Assembly: GCA_951406725.2 (NCBI GenBank)
Contig: OX597817.1
Span: 116,436,001 to 116,500,000, forward strand
Source of the DNA: Octopus vulgaris
Lineage: Eukaryota
Length of the DNA: 64,000 nucleotides
Direction of reading: 5' to 3'
Shown: positions 60,079-64,000 of the stretch, piece by piece
Numbering within the stretch: the first letter of the stretch is position 1
How the letters are laid out: the number at the start of each line of letters is the position of its first letter
Translations under genes and position numbers: made by a program
The notes under the pieces: model-generated
Told to the model about the DNA's origin: nothing
The model's input: only the letters and a program-made list of their open reading frames with translations
The model's database searches: none

Positions 60079-61369
60079 TATAGAGCCATCAAGGAATTAT
60101 CAGATAAAGTTTGAATTGAAGAATATAATAAAAATCTTCAGCCGTTCAAATAATATAAAATACAGATTTTGTTTTCGCATTAGACTTTATACATAAATTT
60201 CCCTATGCTAAATGTAAAGTATCTGAAACTTTTGTTTTTAATTTAGCCCACTTTAAGCAAATCAAGTCACAAAATTTCATTAACGTATGTTATTCTATGT
60301 AGAATTCAGTAATAAAATTTATAACCCCTTACATGAAAATATTGAAATGAGATTTGGAATTCATCGTATTCTTTTCGCCTATTCCATTATTATTTTATTA
60401 TATCAATACTATTATGTATCGTATGCAAACGCATAATATACTTTTGTTAGAGTCGATTATACTGATAGGGAAGACTTAATACCACCAGATTAGAATACTG
60501 TCGAAGAGATAGCAATGAATTTATTCAATGAAATATAAAATGTAAATGAATAGATTAAAATTTTAGTGAAAAACTATGAAACATGAAAGCTGAACATTCT
60601 GGAATAATGAGAAACGATCACAAAATCGAATATTTGTCTCAAATAGGAACCGCAAACAAATTTTGTACATTGATATTTTAATCCTGCCCTGACATAAATG
60701 GTGATAATAATCTACAGATAATTATTCCACAAGTATTTAATACCCCAGAGATCATAAATCCATGCCTGCAATAATATCAAGACAAAATATACAATTTGAG
60801 CATATGCATATGCATACCACGATGACACTTCCGAAATCTTATCTCTACATTAGTTATAAAATTCAATTAAATGAAATGTAAATTTAACGGGAATCTGATC
60901 TGTAGGTACATCATGAATTGAAGTCTTATAAGTACAGCCAAAGTGTAAAGTCATGTCGTTTATAATTCTAATTTTTATAAGGCAGCTGAAATAAATACAA
61001 AAAGTTTTATTGCATTTAGAAAATCTGGAGTTCTAGAAAATTGCTTCATTATGCAAGATGCTTATTCACAAATATACACAACAATACAAACAAGAACACG
61101 AGCGCGTACAAACAAACACACACGCACACAAACACACGCACACACACACACACCAATACGCACAGATATTGTTCATGAATATGTATGCATGTATTCATTC
61201 ACACACATACATACATTCGTGTGACTCCCTCTCTTTATACATATACACACACTCATATTTATATACATACATATATATATATATGCATATATATATATAT
61301 ATGTATATATATCTGTATATATATATATATATGTATATATATCTATATATATATATATATGTATATATA

Positions 61370-61432
<63 letters not shown>

Positions 61433-61437
61433 ACAGA

Positions 61438-61730
61438 TGTAGGAATGCCGTGAGGTATGAAGTTGGCTTCCCAAACATATAACTTCGGGTTCAGTTCTAC
61501 CGTGTAACAAATTGGAAAAGCGACAATCATTATAGCCTCACACTGGCTAGACCCTTCTCAGAATATTTGATAGATGGAAATTGAAATGTATGTGTGTGTT
61601 TCTGTGTGTGTTTGTGAGTGTGTGTCTGTGTGTATGTATGTATGTATGCATGTATGTATGTTTGAGTGTATGTATAAATGTGTATATGTGCCTGTTTGTT
61701 CACCACCTTGATAACCTGTGTTGGTTTAAC
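61438..61730 (+). mobile_element. SINE family B (degenerate)
   Basis: GCTTCCCAAAC..GGGTTCAGTTC..GATAGATGGAAATTGAAA..(TG)n..CCACCTTGATAACC. Confidence 0.6.
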
Positions 61731-62392
61731 GATTAAAACAAATTCAAAATATATATACACACAGAAGAAGCGAAAGAATTAGGTGCTGATAATGTGTTCC
61801 AAATGTTTACCTGTATATCTTGCCGTAATTATATCGAATTTACGGTTAAATATAACAAATGATATATGCTCTTTTGATACCTTTCTTTACAAAGCTGCTT
61901 TGGTCTCGTCATAATTTTCAGATACATTCTAACCTAAAGTAGGATTGATGAGTCATTACAGTATGAACCAATTTTTATTGCAGCTAGTTCATACTCTTCT
62001 TCACACATCATAGATCACCTCTTGCTAGTATTTTCTTTTTGCAGCATACTTTCTAGGGCCAGATGCCATTCCTAATTACAATATTATATACAATAATATA
62101 TACGACATATATGAAGTCCAGTTCGTCGTAATATCAAGGTGAATATATATTGTTTTTTTCAAGACACAAAAGTGACTTTAAATGATGATGTTTCTTATCT
62201 TTCGCCAGCTACATTACAAAGTGTATTTTATCCATATCTTTTGTTCTCTCGATACCATTGGCCTGACAATAAATCGAGTAGCAGTAGCTGTTGACGATAC
62301 CCTCGTCGGCTGTTAATGTAAGAAATCAGTATTTGAACTGAGTTAAGGTTTAAGTGATACTTCAAAAGTTTTATTATTTGCAATTTAAAGAA

Positions 62393-62822
62393 GTAGGAGT
62401 GGCTGTGTGGTAAGTAGCTTCCTTAAGAACTACATGGTTCCGGGTTCAGTCCCACTGCGTGGCACATTAGGCAAGTGTCTTCTACTATTGCTTCGGGCCG
62501 ACCAAGGCCTTGTGAGTGGATTTGGTAGACGAAAACTGAAAGAAGCTCGTCGTACATATGTATATACATATATATATGTATGTGTGTATGTGTTTGTGTG
62601 TCTGTGTTTGTTCCCCCAACATCGCTTGACAACCGATGCTGGTGTGATTACGTCCCCGTAACTTAGCGGTTCAGCATAAGAGACCGATAGAATAAGTGCT
62701 AGGCTTACAAATAATAAGTCCTGGGGTCGATTTGCTCGATTAAAAGCGGTGCTCCACTAAAAGCAGTGCTCCAGCATGGCCACAGTTAAATGCCTGAAAC
62801 AAGTAAAAGAGTAAAAGAGTAG
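62393..62822 (+). mobile_element. Full-length tRNA/CORE-type SINE, family B
   Basis: A box TGGCTGTGTGG, B box GGTTCAGTCCC, CORE-like GGCAAGTGTCTT, internal microsatellite, tail ending (GTAAAAGA)n. Assignment to the published octopus OK/OR1/OR2 SINE families was not verified. Confidence 0.92.
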
Positions 62823-63163
62823 AAGAATAAGTAAATCCATGCGGAAAATACGCATGTAAAAATATCCAAGGTGATATGAATATTTATATGCGTATCAATA
62901 TGATACGTCTAACAACTGTTTTGTTCTTTAGCGTTTAGATTCTTTTTAGAAAGAACATATTTGTATTCTAACTGGTATGCAACTGATTGTGTATTATTAT
63001 ATTCGCATCAATCATAAATATGTTAATACGCGATATTCTTTTAATTCAAAAGTCTGGTTATAGTGATTATTTAGCATTTTTACACACGTCAACACAAATC
63101 CATATGCGGCCTGTTTTTTTAATTTTTCCTATTTCATGATTCATTGGTTATTTTAACCCATAG

Positions 63164-63235
63164 ACGTGAACCAAATGCTTACAACTGATCGCGCTGTACA
63201 CCATGTAATCGAGGCAAAGAATTCGCTGATGACAG
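63164..63235 (+). CDS. Candidate 72-nt internal coding exon of an unidentified gene
   Basis: TTTTAACCCATAG acceptor, CAG|GTAAGG donor, length divisible by 3; only the phase 1-1 frame is open (VNQMLTTDRAVHHVIEAKNSLMT). No homology recognised. Confidence 0.25.
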
Positions 63236-63921
63236 GTAAGGTCTACTGAAGTAGAACAAATACACCGTATACAACGTGCTATCTCACAGTAGCCGTCTTC
63301 TTTGCTGGTTTCACGTTTACGTTCCCCCGGCGCTGTGGTAAATAACATGACACCTAACGATGGTAATGAGCAGAAAGATTGAATCAGAAATCATATAATG
63401 ACGAAGCAAAGTCAGTAAACCACACACACACAGTAGTACTACTTTTAGTCGATGATGTCGTTTCTTCCTTTTTCACATTACTTGTAGTTAATAAAGTTAT
63501 GTCTGAATTTTACATCAGTTTATCTTATAAAAATAATAAAAGTGGAAATAGAATTCCGAAGAAAATATAAATAATAGATGATTAATTTTGCATATAACTG
63601 ACGAGAAACTTTAAATCACTGAGGAACAGAATAAATGAAAATCGAAATGATTTACACCACTTATTGTTCTTCCTTCTAAAACGTCGACAACAAAATAGTG
63701 ACATTAGCTCTACATTTCCTGTCTTCAACACAATCGCTGCATTCATAATAACGGGCAAAATCATTCTCCAAATACACTCAGTGTATTTGCTGAATGCATT
63801 TCATTCGTTTGCATGATGCTACCGGATGTTCAGTGAATACATGTAATTATACATGCACAAAACCTGATGCAGGCATACATATATATATGTGTGTGTGAAT
63901 GTATGTGCATGTGTGCGTGTG

Positions 63922-63965
<44 letters not shown>

Positions 63966-64000
63966 CATATATATCTTTACTTGTATACATACATATATAT

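Noticed and set aside
62393-62470. tRNA gene (also at 3170-3244, 7086 and 59651)
   Set aside because: A/B boxes are present but there is no complete cloverleaf, and each continues into a SINE body.
63582-63764. 60-aa minus-strand ORF as a GPCR tail fragment
   Set aside because: Hydrophobic and basic pattern only; no diagnostic motif or supporting exons.

Overview
This is eukaryotic, very AT-rich, microsatellite-saturated intronic or intergenic DNA. By repeat content (tRNA-derived SINEs with TA/TG internal tracts, TAA-targeted R4/Dong retroelements, many Penelope-like terminal repeats) it most resembles an octopod cephalopod genome; this is inference and was not verified. I found no intact host gene, rRNA, tRNA gene or CRISPR array, and nearly all supplied ORFs are microsatellite read-throughs. 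Recognisable content is decayed mobile DNA: R4/Dong RLE retrotransposons (28.2-33.1 kb), Penelope-like RT and GIY-YIG fragments, CR1/L2-like and RTE LINE remnants, three Helitrons (one with a PIF1 helicase remnant), mariner and maT/Tc1 elements, MITEs and about 15 SINE copies. The most notable signal is a set of hammerhead ribozyme (HHR) motifs in non-coding Penelope-like or retrozyme-like units. Four lie within about 3 kb (33635, 34183, 34687, 36583). One has an intact core inside a CRE-TATA-HHR-AATAAA cassette, and one sits in a ~582-nt terminally redundant unit with a fold-back end. The window is also rich in long inverted repeats that could form dsRNA. All structures were read by eye; no folding or database search was run.
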